Shown here: positions 18,556-29,364 of the stretch, piece after piece
Layout of the letters: the number at the start of each line of letters is the position of its first letter
How positions within the stretch are numbered: position 1 is the stretch's first letter
Assembly (NCBI GenBank): GCA_002774285.1
Contig: PEYT01000004.1
Span: 4,345 to 68,344 of the forward strand
Source: a candidate division WWE3 bacterium CG08_land_8_20_14_0_20_40_13
GTDB taxonomy: Bacteria; Patescibacteriota; WWE3; 0-14-0-20-40-13
Direction of reading: 5' to 3'
DNA: 64,000 bases
Program-made: the position numbers and the translations under genes
Notes under the pieces: model-generated
The model's input: only the letters and a program-made list of their open reading frames with translations
Databases searched by the model: none
What the model was told of the DNA's origin: nothing

Positions 18556-18933
18556 CTAGGAAACGAGTTTCTTAAAAAGGACCTCCACAGTTTTTGCGCA
18601 GACAACGCGGCGGCCAAAACATTTATGAGGAACAAGGGCACCGCTAAAGGTTTTCGGAATATGCAATAGCTCGTGAATTAATGTTTTATCTTGATCTTCT
18701 TTTTTAAGTTTAAAAAATTTCTCCGAAATTATTTCTATTACATAGCGAGGCGCTAGGTCAAAAGCGACTTGATGAATACGGGGGAAAGAATAAATGCGCG
18801 CAATTGCCCGCGTTTTTGTGCCGTGGCTGACAATCAACTTAACGAAATCTTTGTCAACATGGGGAAATGGGATTTTCCCAATTATTTCATCTAACCGGGA
18901 TTTAATTTGGGGATTTGCAAAATATTCAACCAC
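18556..18933 (-). CDS. Putative metallopeptidase
   Basis: Y.IE..SEKF, HELLHIP..FSGAL..H. Confidence 0.8.
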   Translation of the reverse strand: MVEYFANPQIKSRLDEIIGKIPFPHVDKDFVKLIVSHGTKTRAIARIYSFPRIHQVAFDLAPRYVIEIISEKFFKLKKEDQDKTLIHELLHIPKTFSGALVPHKCFGRRVVCAKTVEVLFKKLVS

Positions 18934-18951
18934 GAAAGTATTCTAACAGAA

Positions 18952-18996
18952 ACGCCCCCAGTTATCACACAAACTTATTGTGACAACAAGGGGCGT
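18952..18996 (-). terminator. Hairpin terminator after the 18996-19343 gene
   Basis: ACGCCCC...GGGGCGT long stem, T-rich tail on minus strand. Confidence 0.55.
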
Positions 18997-19343
18997 CAAT
19001 TTTGACTGGTGTTTCTGAACCTTCTGAACCCAAGTTCAATTCTTTCGTTTCGGATATACCTCGCTATGGCAAGTTTCATATCTTGCATTGTCCCGTGTTT
19101 TGGATAAACCCTTATGTCCTGTACGGCACCTTTCTGTGTTACCACAAGAAGAGCGCAACAGGATTCGCTTACGATTTTGACGCGCAAGTTCCCAAGTCCT
19201 TGGCATGTGTGGCCAGTTATTGCGCCGAGAACTATTTTCTCAACAAGGATATTCTCACTGAGAAAAACAACGAGTTCGGTGGCATGGTCGATGACAGTTG
19301 TGTGAGTTCCAGTGATCTTTCCCCCCGCGGCGTGATTTTTCAT
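18996..19343 (-). CDS. DUF2103-like small protein
   Basis: KITGTHTTVI, KIVLGAI, VQDIRV pattern; SD GGAGG. Confidence 0.65.
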   Translation of the reverse strand: MKNHAAGGKITGTHTTVIDHATELVVFLSENILVEKIVLGAITGHTCQGLGNLRVKIVSESCCALLVVTQKGAVQDIRVYPKHGTMQDMKLAIARYIRNERIELGFRRFRNTSQN

Positions 19344-19417
19344 TACCCCCTCCATAATTAAAGAACAAAAGTGTTGCTATAGTAGCAAAAAGCCCACTTA
19401 ATTTCAACGATAGGATT

Positions 19418-21136
19418 TTAGTATTTTTGGGATTGGAGGTTCCAATATCTGGCGTATACGCTTTCGGGGTTTTGAGTGAGTATTTTGTGATTGCCTTCTT
19501 CTATTACAGTTCCTTTTTCTATCACAACAATTTTATCAGCACGCATTACGGTAGAGAGGCGGTGAGCGATAATAATTGTGGTTTTATTTTGCGCCGCTTT
19601 CCAAAATGCCTCCTGGATTTTGGCTTCGGTTTCGGAATCCAATTGGCTTGTCGCTTCATCAAAAATAATGATTTTAGGGTTTGCAAGCATTACCCGAGCA
19701 ATCGCCAACCGTTGTTTTTGCCCGCCAGAAAGTTTTACGCCTCGTTCTCCAACTTCTGTATCATATTTTTTTGGTAGCCCCTGAATAAATTTATCAAGGT
19801 TTGCCATTTTCGCCGCGGCCTCAATTTGATTCTGCTTGGCGTCATCAACTCCATACCCGATGTTAAACCCAATAGTGTTGTTAAAAAGAATTGGATCTTG
19901 GGGAACAACGCCGATTAAAGACCGTAAATACGATTTTTCCATATCTTTTAAATCAACCCCGTCAATTGTAATCCTCCCACCGCTGGTATCGTAAAATCTC
20001 ATCAAAAGTTTTGCGACCGTAGTTTTTCCCGCTCCCGATTCTCCAACCAACGCCACCGATTGTCCCGCACGGATTTTAAGACCGAAGTTTTTTAGGGCGC
20101 CTTTTTTTCCATCGGGGTAAGAAAAGGTTACATCTATAAATTCAATTTCTCCCTCAACTTCCTTTAGTCTTACCGGATTTGTGGGATCTTTTACCAAAGT
20201 TTCGTTTTCCAAAATGCCAAAATATTTTTTTAGGTCCGCCTGATTTTTTATGATGCTTCGCATTCGCCGGACAAAATCAAAAAACCGGCTATAAAACGCG
20301 CTTGTAAAACCAATTACTAGTATGAAATCTCCCGTTGAATAAATTCCAGCCAAGGTCTTTTTAACAGTTACAAAAAGCAAAATAAAAAAGGAAATATTGC
20401 CAAGTGTTCCAAGCGCAATCTCCAGAGCTCTAAATGAATTGGAATACGCCCAAAGTTTGGAAAGCCAAACAACAAAAGAATCTTTTAGTCTTTTTTCCTT
20501 GGCGAAAAGTTTTACCGTTTCGTAGTTTAAAAGATTATCGGTGATAAGTGCCGACAGTTTGTCTTCCTCATCGTTAAATTCTTGCCTTGTCTTTAGGTTT
20601 CTAAAAATAAGAGACTTAGCCACAAAGATATTGGCAAAAAAGGTAAATAAAGAAACAACAACAAACCACGGACTTATTTGGTTAAAAGCAAAAGCCATCA
20701 CGACAAGACTTACTAAAATCCGGATAATGCCAAAGTGAATATTTTCAAAAGTATCAAAAAAAGCGCTGTCGCCTCTTTTAATATTGCTTATTAAAGATCC
20801 TGTGCTTTTGGACAAATGAAAAGCCATATCAAGATCTTGTATTTTCTTAACCACTGATATCCTAGCATCGCGGGAAGAGGGAAGAAGCACGGTATCTCCG
20901 CTCCAGTGGGCAAGAGAAGTAGATATATTATGCGAAATTCTTACTACAAAATACCAAGCGAGAACTACAAATACAGTGCCTGAATTGGGGTTTGTTACCG
21001 CATCAACAAAGAGTTTATAAAAATAGGGTTGGACGCTTTCGGTAACGGACATCACAACAAGAAAAACAAGGAAAAGCCCGTAGCGGAGTTTGTACTTTAG
21101 CAAAAATCCATAGAATTTTTTATATTCATTAAACAT
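19418..21136 (-). CDS. ABC exporter, fused permease/ATPase (MsbA/Atm1-like)
   Basis: 6-TM domain, GESGAGKTT, LSGGQKQR, FDEATS, AHRLST. Confidence 0.92.
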   Translation of the reverse strand: MFNEYKKFYGFLLKYKLRYGLFLVFLVVMSVTESVQPYFYKLFVDAVTNPNSGTVFVVLAWYFVVRISHNISTSLAHWSGDTVLLPSSRDARISVVKKIQDLDMAFHLSKSTGSLISNIKRGDSAFFDTFENIHFGIIRILVSLVVMAFAFNQISPWFVVVSLFTFFANIFVAKSLIFRNLKTRQEFNDEEDKLSALITDNLLNYETVKLFAKEKRLKDSFVVWLSKLWAYSNSFRALEIALGTLGNISFFILLFVTVKKTLAGIYSTGDFILVIGFTSAFYSRFFDFVRRMRSIIKNQADLKKYFGILENETLVKDPTNPVRLKEVEGEIEFIDVTFSYPDGKKGALKNFGLKIRAGQSVALVGESGAGKTTVAKLLMRFYDTSGGRITIDGVDLKDMEKSYLRSLIGVVPQDPILFNNTIGFNIGYGVDDAKQNQIEAAAKMANLDKFIQGLPKKYDTEVGERGVKLSGGQKQRLAIARVMLANPKIIIFDEATSQLDSETEAKIQEAFWKAAQNKTTIIIAHRLSTVMRADKIVVIEKGTVIEEGNHKILTQNPESVYARYWNLQSQKY

Positions 21137-21230
21137 TTTTCTATAATAACAGCTTGGAGAGCGACTTTAAATAGGAAAACACTCAATAAAATCTTTTAAT
21201 GCAATTTATTAAATGATATATTTTTAGGTA

Positions 21231-22766
21231 ATGTCCCTTGCCAGAGTTAACTGCGCCACTGTGGTTGGTTTGGATCCGTTTCCCGTTACGGTAGAAGTAG
21301 CTGTAGAAGAAAAAGGTTTTCCTAGTTTTACAATTGTTGGCCTCCCATCTCGCGAGATTGATGAGGCAAAAGAAAGAGTGCGTGCCGCGATCCAAAACGC
21401 TGGCGCGGAATTTCCCGACCACCGAATTGTTGTAAACCTCGCTCCTGCGGATCTTCCCAAAAAGGGTTCTGCTTTTGATGTGGCGATAGCTATTGGAATA
21501 TTAGCCGCTAGTGATCAAGGTATCTCCTGCGATTTATCAAAAAAACTGTTTCTTGGAGAACTGTCGTTGGATGGATCTTTGCGTCCAGCTTTTGGAGTTT
21601 TGCCTATTTCTCTTTATGCAAGAGGCGCTGGATTAAGTCACATGTATGTTCCAAAAGAGAACGCCAAAGAATCGGCGGTGGTAAAAGATATTCACACCAT
21701 TTCGGTTTCTGGAATCGGGGATCTTATTGAGCACCTTGAGGGGAGAAAATTGCTATACAGGGAAGATTATTTGGATTTTGAGGAAATGCTTGGCGCCACC
21801 GAAGAGTACGATGTCGATTTTTCCGATGTTATGGGGCAGGAAAAAGCAAAACGCGCTTTGGAGATTGCATCAAGTGGTGGTCACAATGTAGCGCTTTCCG
21901 GTCCGCCCGGGAGCGGAAAAACCATGCTGGCCCGCGCCCTTCCCTCAATTTTACCTCGGTTGACTTTAGACGAAGCGTTAGAGGTTACAAAAGTCTATTC
22001 CGTAACGGGAAATTTAAATTCTAAAACTCCTTTGGTTTATGCCAGACCTTTTCGGAGTCCCCATCACACAATATCAAGAGTTGGTCTTATCGGTGGTGGT
22101 TCCACAATTACTCCGGGCGAAATAAGTTTGGCACACCGCGGGGTTTTATTTTTGGATGAATTTCCCGAGCTATCGCGCAATGTTTTGGAGTCGCTCCGTC
22201 AGCCTTTAGAAGATGGTTTTGTTACCATAAGTAGGGCTTCCGGCACCTTAACATTTCCTTCGCGTTTTATTTTAGTTGTCGCGTCTAACCCCTGCCCTTG
22301 TGGAAATTTGGGAAGGCAAAAGGTTTCTTGTGTCTGCTCGCCTTCTCAGATAAGAAATTACAAAAGACGGGTAAGCGGCCCAATCTGGGATAGAATTGAT
22401 ATTCATGTTGATGTACCTCTTGTGGATGCGGAAGAGCTTACCAAAAGAAAAAATACCGGAGCCGTAAGTTCCAAAGAAATTAGAAACCGCGTGCAAAAAG
22501 CTCGCGATCTGCAAAAAGCCAGATTTATCGGAACGAAGATAGTATGTAATGCCGATATGGCAACCAAAGATATAAAAAATCTTTCCCAAATTACAAATGG
22601 GGCGCTCGATATTTTAAAAATGGCGGTTGGGAATTTTGGCCTTTCAGCAAGGAGCTATTTTAAGACTTTAAAGGTGGCGCAAACTATTGCTGATTTGGCA
22701 GATTCGAAAGAAATTCTTCCCGCTCATGTTTCCGAAGCCCTAAGTTTTAGATTAAAAGCGGATTAG
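21231..22766 (+). CDS. comM: YifB/ComM family Mg-chelatase-like AAA+ ATPase
   Basis: IVGLP, NLAPADL, GPPGSGKT, PFRSPHH, FLDEFPE, NPCPCG. Confidence 0.92.
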   Translation: MSLARVNCATVVGLDPFPVTVEVAVEEKGFPSFTIVGLPSREIDEAKERVRAAIQNAGAEFPDHRIVVNLAPADLPKKGSAFDVAIAIGILAASDQGISCDLSKKLFLGELSLDGSLRPAFGVLPISLYARGAGLSHMYVPKENAKESAVVKDIHTISVSGIGDLIEHLEGRKLLYREDYLDFEEMLGATEEYDVDFSDVMGQEKAKRALEIASSGGHNVALSGPPGSGKTMLARALPSILPRLTLDEALEVTKVYSVTGNLNSKTPLVYARPFRSPHHTISRVGLIGGGSTITPGEISLAHRGVLFLDEFPELSRNVLESLRQPLEDGFVTISRASGTLTFPSRFILVVASNPCPCGNLGRQKVSCVCSPSQIRNYKRRVSGPIWDRIDIHVDVPLVDAEELTKRKNTGAVSSKEIRNRVQKARDLQKARFIGTKIVCNADMATKDIKNLSQITNGALDILKMAVGNFGLSARSYFKTLKVAQTIADLADSKEILPAHVSEALSFRLKAD

Positions 22767-23030
22767 GTTGTACCACCGCGCTTGGGTTAAGTATAAAGCT
22801 ATAATTCCGGTGAAGAAAACAAAGGAGACAGCAAGAGATTTTTGGAAGTCGTGGACGATATAAGGGGTGTAGTCGGTGATTTCCGTGTCAAACTTTTCCG
22901 CTTTTGTAATTGCCAACGGCTCTTTTGAAATTCTTGGAGCGGTGGCTTTTGGGCTTCCAAGCTGGGCTTTTAAGATTTCAACTTGGGCACGGAGTCTTGC
23001 AATTTCTTTTTTGTTCTTTTTTTTCGCCAT
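22752..23030 (-). CDS. Small hypothetical membrane protein
   Basis: 92-aa ORF with basic N-terminus, C-terminal TM, TGcTATCAT 6 nt before ATG. Confidence 0.7.
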   Translation of the reverse strand: MAKKKNKKEIARLRAQVEILKAQLGSPKATAPRISKEPLAITKAEKFDTEITDYTPYIVHDFQKSLAVSFVFFTGIIALYLTQARWYNLIRF

Positions 23031-23081
23031 ACTCTTATGATAGCATGAATTGTATTACTCAGTTTAGTTTTAAATTCTTAA

Positions 23082-24338
23082 ATGCCCCAAATAAATTCTC
23101 TTTTAGATTCCCAAAATGTAAAAAACCCACTAGTTTCGGAAATATCGCAAACACTACAGGGACCAAAAGAGCCTCGGGATAAATTTGTTTTTATCGGAGT
23201 TCTGGTTTTGGGAATTCTTTTTGTTTTTTCGGGATTGGTTTATGCATTATCGTCTTTTGGCTATTGGCGAGGAAAGGAGCCGGTATCGGCGACAACTTCT
23301 ACTATAGGTTTGGTGTCAAAATCCAAAGAAGCGGGAAACATTACTGGAAATAATCTAGGAGACACCCCATCGTGGATAAATGGTTCTTACACTACAAAAG
23401 AAGAGGAAGCGATTTGGAAAAATCGGAGGCCTTTGGGAATTATGATAAATAACCACACCGAGGCCCGTCCGCAGTCGTGTTTGTACAACGCGGACATTGT
23501 GTACGAGGCGGTGGCGGAAGGCGGAATCACAAGGTTTTTGGCAGTTTATCAAACAAAAGATTGTGAAAAGGTTGGTCCGGTTAGAAGCGCCAGAGTTTAT
23601 TATGAAGATTGGAATGCGGAATATAATGGAATTTATGCCCATTGGGGAGCGGCATATCAAGATAAAAATAATCCCAGCGTAACATTTCCGGAAGCGGATG
23701 CTTACTTAAAAGTCAATGAACTTAACATGCCTGATTTGGATCAGATGTGGCTTGGTGATTTGGCGTATTGGAGGTTAGATAGACCGGGAAAAGCACCCGA
23801 GCATACAGGTTACACTTCAACAAAAAGGCTTTGGGATGCTTATACCATCAAATATCCCGAAAATGATTGGCGGATTGTTCAACCTTTTGACAGTTGGAAA
23901 TTTAAAGATGATGCGGAATCTTCAAAAAGGCCGCAAAAGGGGGCATTGGAATTTGATTTTTGGGAAACCACTCCGGGTTACAATGTAAAATGGGAGTATG
24001 ATTCTGCAACTAACGATTATAAAAGATATCAGGGTGGTGAGATGGTAAAAGACGCCGATACCGGAAAAGAAATCAGGGCAAAAAATGTAATTGTGCAGTT
24101 CCAGAAAGAGTCAAGCGTAGGGGATAAAAAGAATCATTTAATGTATCAAACATTGGGGACTGGAGAAGCACAGATATTTAGAGATGGGCAGAAAATTACT
24201 GCAGTGTGGTCCAAGCAATCACCAAGATCCCGCACAAAGTACTATGATTCTGCTGGAAACCCTGTAGAATTTGCTAGGGGGCAAATGTGGGTAGAGATAG
24301 TTCCATCTGGTAATACTGTCTCTTACCAGACAAACTAG
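23082..24338 (+). CDS. DUF3048 domain protein
   Basis: RP..IMINNH..ARPQ, EGGITRF, GPVRSAR, APEH, G.MWVE. Confidence 0.88.
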   Translation: MPQINSLLDSQNVKNPLVSEISQTLQGPKEPRDKFVFIGVLVLGILFVFSGLVYALSSFGYWRGKEPVSATTSTIGLVSKSKEAGNITGNNLGDTPSWINGSYTTKEEEAIWKNRRPLGIMINNHTEARPQSCLYNADIVYEAVAEGGITRFLAVYQTKDCEKVGPVRSARVYYEDWNAEYNGIYAHWGAAYQDKNNPSVTFPEADAYLKVNELNMPDLDQMWLGDLAYWRLDRPGKAPEHTGYTSTKRLWDAYTIKYPENDWRIVQPFDSWKFKDDAESSKRPQKGALEFDFWETTPGYNVKWEYDSATNDYKRYQGGEMVKDADTGKEIRAKNVIVQFQKESSVGDKKNHLMYQTLGTGEAQIFRDGQKITAVWSKQSPRSRTKYYDSAGNPVEFARGQMWVEIVPSGNTVSYQTN

Positions 24339-24339
24339 A

Positions 24340-24918
24340 ATGTTAAAAGATCTAATAACATCTAATGTTCGGGTTAAAATCCTAGTGCTTTTCCTTTCTC
24401 ACCCTAAGGAAAGTTTCCATGTTAGAGATATTACGCGGAGGGTGGGGACGGAAATTAACGCCGTAAGACGCGAGTTAGACCGGCTTATAAAGGTGGGGCT
24501 TTTTAAAAGAGAGGCTCGGGGTAATCGTGTATATATCCGCCTCCGGAGCGACTATCCGTTTTTGGGAGATCTGTTATCTGCTTTTGATAAAGAGCACGGG
24601 CTTTCGGCAAATATCTTGGAAAACGAAAAGGGACTTGGGAAGGTTAAAATGGGGCTAGTCTCAAGTGAATTTTTACAAGGACGAATAAGCGGTTTGGAAG
24701 ATGTGGACTTGCTTTTGGTGGGAACGGTAGATCTAAAAGTATTAAAAGATATTGTGGAAAAATTTCAGGAGAAGTCTGGCCGCGAGGTAAATTATTCGGT
24801 AATGGGGGAAGAGGAGTTCGATTTTAGAAAGAAGAGAATGGATCCTTTTATTGTTAAAGTTCTGACCCAGTCAAGAATAATTTTTATCGGGGACAGCGAC
24901 AAAAATTGCAAACTATAA
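24340..24918 (+). CDS. Winged-helix protein with C-terminal nucleotidyltransferase-like fold
   Basis: S..RVKIL..F, HVR..R, NAVRREL..L; DVDLLLVG, REVNY. Confidence 0.75.
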   Translation: MLKDLITSNVRVKILVLFLSHPKESFHVRDITRRVGTEINAVRRELDRLIKVGLFKREARGNRVYIRLRSDYPFLGDLLSAFDKEHGLSANILENEKGLGKVKMGLVSSEFLQGRISGLEDVDLLLVGTVDLKVLKDIVEKFQEKSGREVNYSVMGEEEFDFRKKRMDPFIVKVLTQSRIIFIGDSDKNCKL

Positions 24919-24930
24919 CCTCTACCAATT

Positions 24931-26268
24931 ATGAAGATAACACCTAGGCTTATATTACTCTTAGTTTCCTTTCTTACTTTTTGTTGTTTGCTAATTGATT
25001 TACCAAAAATCCCCGTTAAATTTACCTACGGTAATTTCCGTATCGACACAGAAATTGGCGGGTACAGTATAAATTTTTTTAACGGAAAGTTTACGCGGGA
25101 TTTAAATATCAAGCAGGGATTGGATATAAAGGGGGGAGTTAGAGTAACTTTGAATGCGGATATGTCAAAAGTAGATGCAAAAGACCGAGGTTCCAGTTTG
25201 GAGTCGGCGCGGTCAGTCGTAGATCGACGGATAAACTCCTTAGGGGTTTCGGAGCCTTCAATCATGACTGTATTAGCAAAAGATACCTTTAGGATAGTAG
25301 TGGAGCTTCCGGGAATTACCGATCCGCAAAAGGCGGTAACTGAGCTTTCACAGGTGGCTTATCTAGACTTTAGAGAGTTAAAAGAGGGGGTGAAAACGCC
25401 CCAAGCTTTAGAAGATTTTGTCGCGACCGATCTGTCTGGAAAAGATCTAAAAAGGTCGCTAGTTGAATTTGATCCAAATACAAGGAAACCGGTTATTTCT
25501 TTGGAATTTACCATAGACGGGGCAAGAAAGTTTGAGGAGATAACAGGGCGTAATGTAGATAAGCCCTTGGCTATATTTTTAGATAACAACATCCTGTCTT
25601 CGCCGCAGGTAAAAGAAAAAATCACCGGTGGAAAAGCTATCATAAACGGAGAGTTTACAATAGACGAAGTAAACTCACTTGTTAGGTTATTAAACGCAGG
25701 TTCGCTTCCTGTTCCACTAACCATTATCTCTCAGGAAAATGTTCCCCCATCACTTGGACTTGCGTCGGTGCAAAAAAGTTCCGTCGCAGGACTTATTGGT
25801 CTTGTTCTTGTTATGCTTTTTATGTTTTTTCTATATGGAAAACTTGGAATTTTGGCTAATGTAGCTTTGGTGATTTATGGGATTATTACTTTGGCTATTT
25901 ATAAGATTGTGCCTGTAGTTTTGACCCTACCCGGAATCGCTGGATTTATTCTTTCTATAGGCATGGCCGTGGACGCCAACATTTTGATCTTTGAAAGAAT
26001 AAAAGAAGAAGTGCGTACAGGAAAGCCTTTGACTTTGGCGCTTGAGGCGGGTTTCGGTCGAGCGTGGGATTCTATAAGAGACGCTAATGTTTGTACTCTT
26101 ATTACCTGCTTTATTTTGTTTAATCCTTTTGGCTGGTCTTTTTTACATACTTCGGGGCCTATTAGAGGATTTGCTTTAACTTTGTTTTTGGGGATTGTGG
26201 TTTCTCTTTTTACCGGAATTATCGTGTCCCGAAATTTAATCAGAGTTTTCTACCGAATCAAAAAATGA
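24931..26268 (+). CDS. secD: Protein translocase subunit SecD
   Basis: GLDIKGG, GVSEP, L..GSLP, GMAVDANILIFERIKEE. Confidence 0.95.
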   Translation: MKITPRLILLLVSFLTFCCLLIDLPKIPVKFTYGNFRIDTEIGGYSINFFNGKFTRDLNIKQGLDIKGGVRVTLNADMSKVDAKDRGSSLESARSVVDRRINSLGVSEPSIMTVLAKDTFRIVVELPGITDPQKAVTELSQVAYLDFRELKEGVKTPQALEDFVATDLSGKDLKRSLVEFDPNTRKPVISLEFTIDGARKFEEITGRNVDKPLAIFLDNNILSSPQVKEKITGGKAIINGEFTIDEVNSLVRLLNAGSLPVPLTIISQENVPPSLGLASVQKSSVAGLIGLVLVMLFMFFLYGKLGILANVALVIYGIITLAIYKIVPVVLTLPGIAGFILSIGMAVDANILIFERIKEEVRTGKPLTLALEAGFGRAWDSIRDANVCTLITCFILFNPFGWSFLHTSGPIRGFALTLFLGIVVSLFTGIIVSRNLIRVFYRIKK

Positions 26269-27143
26269 TCAATTTCATGCGGTTTAGATATTTTTATTTT
26301 GCGTTTTCTTTACTTTTTATTATCCTTTCAGTTTTTGGATTGGTATTTTGGGGATTAAAGCCTTCCGTAGAATTTACTGGAGGAACGCAGATTAAATTTG
26401 AAATTTTAAATTTTAAATTTGAAATTGAAGAAATAATTAATCTAACTAAAGAAAGCGGAATTGAAGTGTCAAATCTTACTAATGAGACAAATTCTTCTAA
26501 TTCCTATATTCTCCGGGCGAAAGAGATAAGCCAAGATAAATACTCAGAGTTTCAGAAGAAAATAATCGATGCTGGGGGGGAATATAAAGAGATTTCCTTC
26601 GAGTCGGTGGGACCCGTGGTTGGAAAGGAATTAGTGTTTAAAACGATTATTGCAGTCGTTCTTGGATCTCTGTTTATTCTTTTTTATGTGGCGCGCCAAT
26701 TTAAAAATCCTATGTTTGGAGTTTGCGCAATCTTAGCTATGTTTCACGACTCGATTATTTTGCTTGGAGTATTCTCTTTCTTAGGGCATTTTAGAGGTGT
26801 CGAGATAGACGTGCTTTTTGTGACGGCGGTCTTAACCATTCTTTCCTTTAGTGTTCACGATACTATAGTTGTCTATGATAGAGTACGCGAATCTATAAAA
26901 ACGACAAAGGGAATTTCATTTGTTGATTTGGTAAATAAAGCGGTAACGGAAACCCTGTCACGGTCTTTTAACAACTCAATGACAATTATTTTTATGCTTT
27001 TAACTTTATTTTTTCTTGGTGGCGACTCGATAAAATGGTTTGTACTGGCACTACTTGTTGGAACCATCTCTGGGACATATTCTTCCACTTTTACCGCCGC
27101 TCCGCTTTTGGTTATCTGGAATGAGCTTAAAAAGAGAAAATGA
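26265..27143 (+). CDS. secF: Protein translocase subunit SecF
   Basis: EFTGGT, VGP.VG.EL, HD, SVHDTIVVYDRVRE, GTYSS. Confidence 0.95.
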   Translation: MINFMRFRYFYFAFSLLFIILSVFGLVFWGLKPSVEFTGGTQIKFEILNFKFEIEEIINLTKESGIEVSNLTNETNSSNSYILRAKEISQDKYSEFQKKIIDAGGEYKEISFESVGPVVGKELVFKTIIAVVLGSLFILFYVARQFKNPMFGVCAILAMFHDSIILLGVFSFLGHFRGVEIDVLFVTAVLTILSFSVHDTIVVYDRVRESIKTTKGISFVDLVNKAVTETLSRSFNNSMTIIFMLLTLFFLGGDSIKWFVLALLVGTISGTYSSTFTAAPLLVIWNELKKRK

Positions 27144-27694
27144 AACCCTTTGTATCCCGTGCTGGAGAAAAATTAGAATTCGCTTTAACCTCTTTTAACA
27201 TTAATCCAAAAGACAAGATTTGTGCTGATTTTGGTTCGTCCACTGGCGGCTTTACCGATTGTCTATTGCAACACGGGGTAAGCAAAGTTTATTCCGTTGA
27301 TACAGCTTATGGCTCACTTGACTGGAAATTAAGAAATGATAAAAGGGTGGTTGTGATGGAAAGGGAAAATGCCGTTTTTGTAACACTTCCAGAAAAAGTA
27401 GATTTAATAACAATTGATGTGGGGTGGACTCGGCAAAAAGACATTCTTCCAAACGCTTTAAAAAATCTAAAAGAAAATGGAATTATTATTAGCTTAATAA
27501 AACCCCATTATGAGGCGAGTAAATTCATGTTGACCAAAGGAGTTTTGGAAGAAAAATTTATCGACGAAGTGTTGCAAAAAGTTCTTAAGGATATCGAGGA
27601 CCTTGGGATAAAAGTTGTAAGACTTGTCAAATCCCCTTTGGAAGGATTAAAAGGCGGCAACAAAGAATTTCTTATATATTTGATACCACGATGA
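27140..27694 (+). CDS. tlyA: TlyA family rRNA methyltransferase (no S4 domain)
   Basis: VSRAGEKL, DFGSSTGGFTDCLLQ, LIKPHYE, GNKEFL. Confidence 0.88.
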   Translation: MKPFVSRAGEKLEFALTSFNINPKDKICADFGSSTGGFTDCLLQHGVSKVYSVDTAYGSLDWKLRNDKRVVVMERENAVFVTLPEKVDLITIDVGWTRQKDILPNALKNLKENGIIISLIKPHYEASKFMLTKGVLEEKFIDEVLQKVLKDIEDLGIKVVRLVKSPLEGLKGGNKEFLIYLIPR

Positions 27695-29364
27695 AATGGG
27701 TAATAAAGAGTAAAGAAAAAGTTAAGGATGTCTCAAAACTGGAAGAAATACTTTTGGAAAATAGGGATGTAACAGATATCCCCAACTTTCTAAATCCCCC
27801 AGACCCCTTTACATTTTTGCAGGACGAAAAAAGCATCTTTGGAAAATTTTCAAAAGGTCTCATGGAAACAAAGGAGCTTATCAATAATGCAATAAGAGAC
27901 GATTCTCCAATAATTCTTCACGGAGATTACGATGTGGACGGAATATCAGCAACAGCGATATTATGGGATCTAATTTACAACCATTTAGGATATAAAAATT
28001 GTTTGCCTTTTATTCCCGATAGGTTCGAACATGGATATGGATTAACGGAGAAATCGGTTAGAGCGATTAGAGATACTAGGGGTGTTAGGAATGTTGAAGA
28101 GGAGAAAAATCCCTTACTGATTACATTAGATTGTGGGATCACTGCGGTTGACGAGATTAATTACGCAAAAAAAGAAGGGTTTACAGTTGCAATTGTAGAT
28201 CATCACGAGCTTCCAAAAAAATTGCCAAAAGCCGATGCGATACTTCACACAACAGATCTCTGCTCTGGAGGGATTTCCTATATGTTCTCATCATTTGTAA
28301 AGGGAAAAAGCGATGAAAGAAATTTGGATTTGGCGGCGTTTGCCACGATCGCGGATTTGCAACCACTTTTAGGGATAAATAGAAGTATTGTCAAATATGG
28401 TTTGGAGTTTCTAACCAATTCAAAAAGAGAAGGAATAAATGCTCTTAAAAAAGTTTCGGGAATTGAAGGTAAAAAAATTGGAACATACGAGGTTGGTTGG
28501 ATGTTGGCTCCAAGAGTAAATGCTTCGGGAAGAATTGCATTGGGAATCGAATCTTTACGACTCTTGTGTACCAAAAACGCTTCACAGGCTTTAGATATAG
28601 CTCGAAAACTTAATGAAATAAATACAGAGCGACAAAGTGCTACAGAGGAGATTTTTAGTTTGGCGGACGAAGAAGTAAAAAATATAACGGGGAAGAATTT
28701 AATAATCTCTTATGGGGAAGGTTATCATGAGGGGATTATTGGTTTGGTAGCGCAACGCCTTGTCCAGAAATATTTTAAACCGGCAATAGTTATCGCAAAA
28801 AAAGAAGGAATAAGTAAGGCCTCGGTTAGGTCCGTTCCGGGATTAGATATCACGGAGTTTTTGCGAAAAATGGAAGGTATTTTAGAGAGTGTCGGAGGTC
28901 ATAAAATGGCGGCGGGATTTTCCATTAGATCGGAAAATATCGATAAATTTATAAAAAAAGCAGAAAAGTTGGCGGATAAGGAAATATCTAAAGATCTGCT
29001 AGTTCCGTTTATAGAAGTTGACTTAGAAGTTGGTTTTGAAATCTCTCTTGAAAGTATTTTATCGGAAGTCACAATACTAGAACCATTTGGCCTTGGAAAT
29101 CCATCTCCGGTTTTTGCTGTAAGGGGAGCAGAGGTCTTAGAGACAAAATTGTTTGGAAAAGAAAATAATCACTTAAATATTTCTTTTCTCTTTATGGGAA
29201 AAAGATATTTGGCAAAGCTTTTTGGTGTTAAAAAGGAGGTTTTGGAAAAAGCCACCCAGGGTTCTAAAATAGATATTGCCTTTACTGTTTCAAAAAATAT
29301 CTTTAACGGAAACGAATACGTAAATCTAATTGCTAAGGATACTAATTTTGTTGGGAATCCTTAA
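27691..29364 (+). CDS. recJ: ssDNA-specific exonuclease RecJ
   Basis: GDYDVDG, P.R..GYG, DCG, DHH, PRVNASGR, GGH..AAG, EPFG.GNP. Confidence 0.95.
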   Translation: MKWVIKSKEKVKDVSKLEEILLENRDVTDIPNFLNPPDPFTFLQDEKSIFGKFSKGLMETKELINNAIRDDSPIILHGDYDVDGISATAILWDLIYNHLGYKNCLPFIPDRFEHGYGLTEKSVRAIRDTRGVRNVEEEKNPLLITLDCGITAVDEINYAKKEGFTVAIVDHHELPKKLPKADAILHTTDLCSGGISYMFSSFVKGKSDERNLDLAAFATIADLQPLLGINRSIVKYGLEFLTNSKREGINALKKVSGIEGKKIGTYEVGWMLAPRVNASGRIALGIESLRLLCTKNASQALDIARKLNEINTERQSATEEIFSLADEEVKNITGKNLIISYGEGYHEGIIGLVAQRLVQKYFKPAIVIAKKEGISKASVRSVPGLDITEFLRKMEGILESVGGHKMAAGFSIRSENIDKFIKKAEKLADKEISKDLLVPFIEVDLEVGFEISLESILSEVTILEPFGLGNPSPVFAVRGAEVLETKLFGKENNHLNISFLFMGKRYLAKLFGVKKEVLEKATQGSKIDIAFTVSKNIFNGNEYVNLIAKDTNFVGNP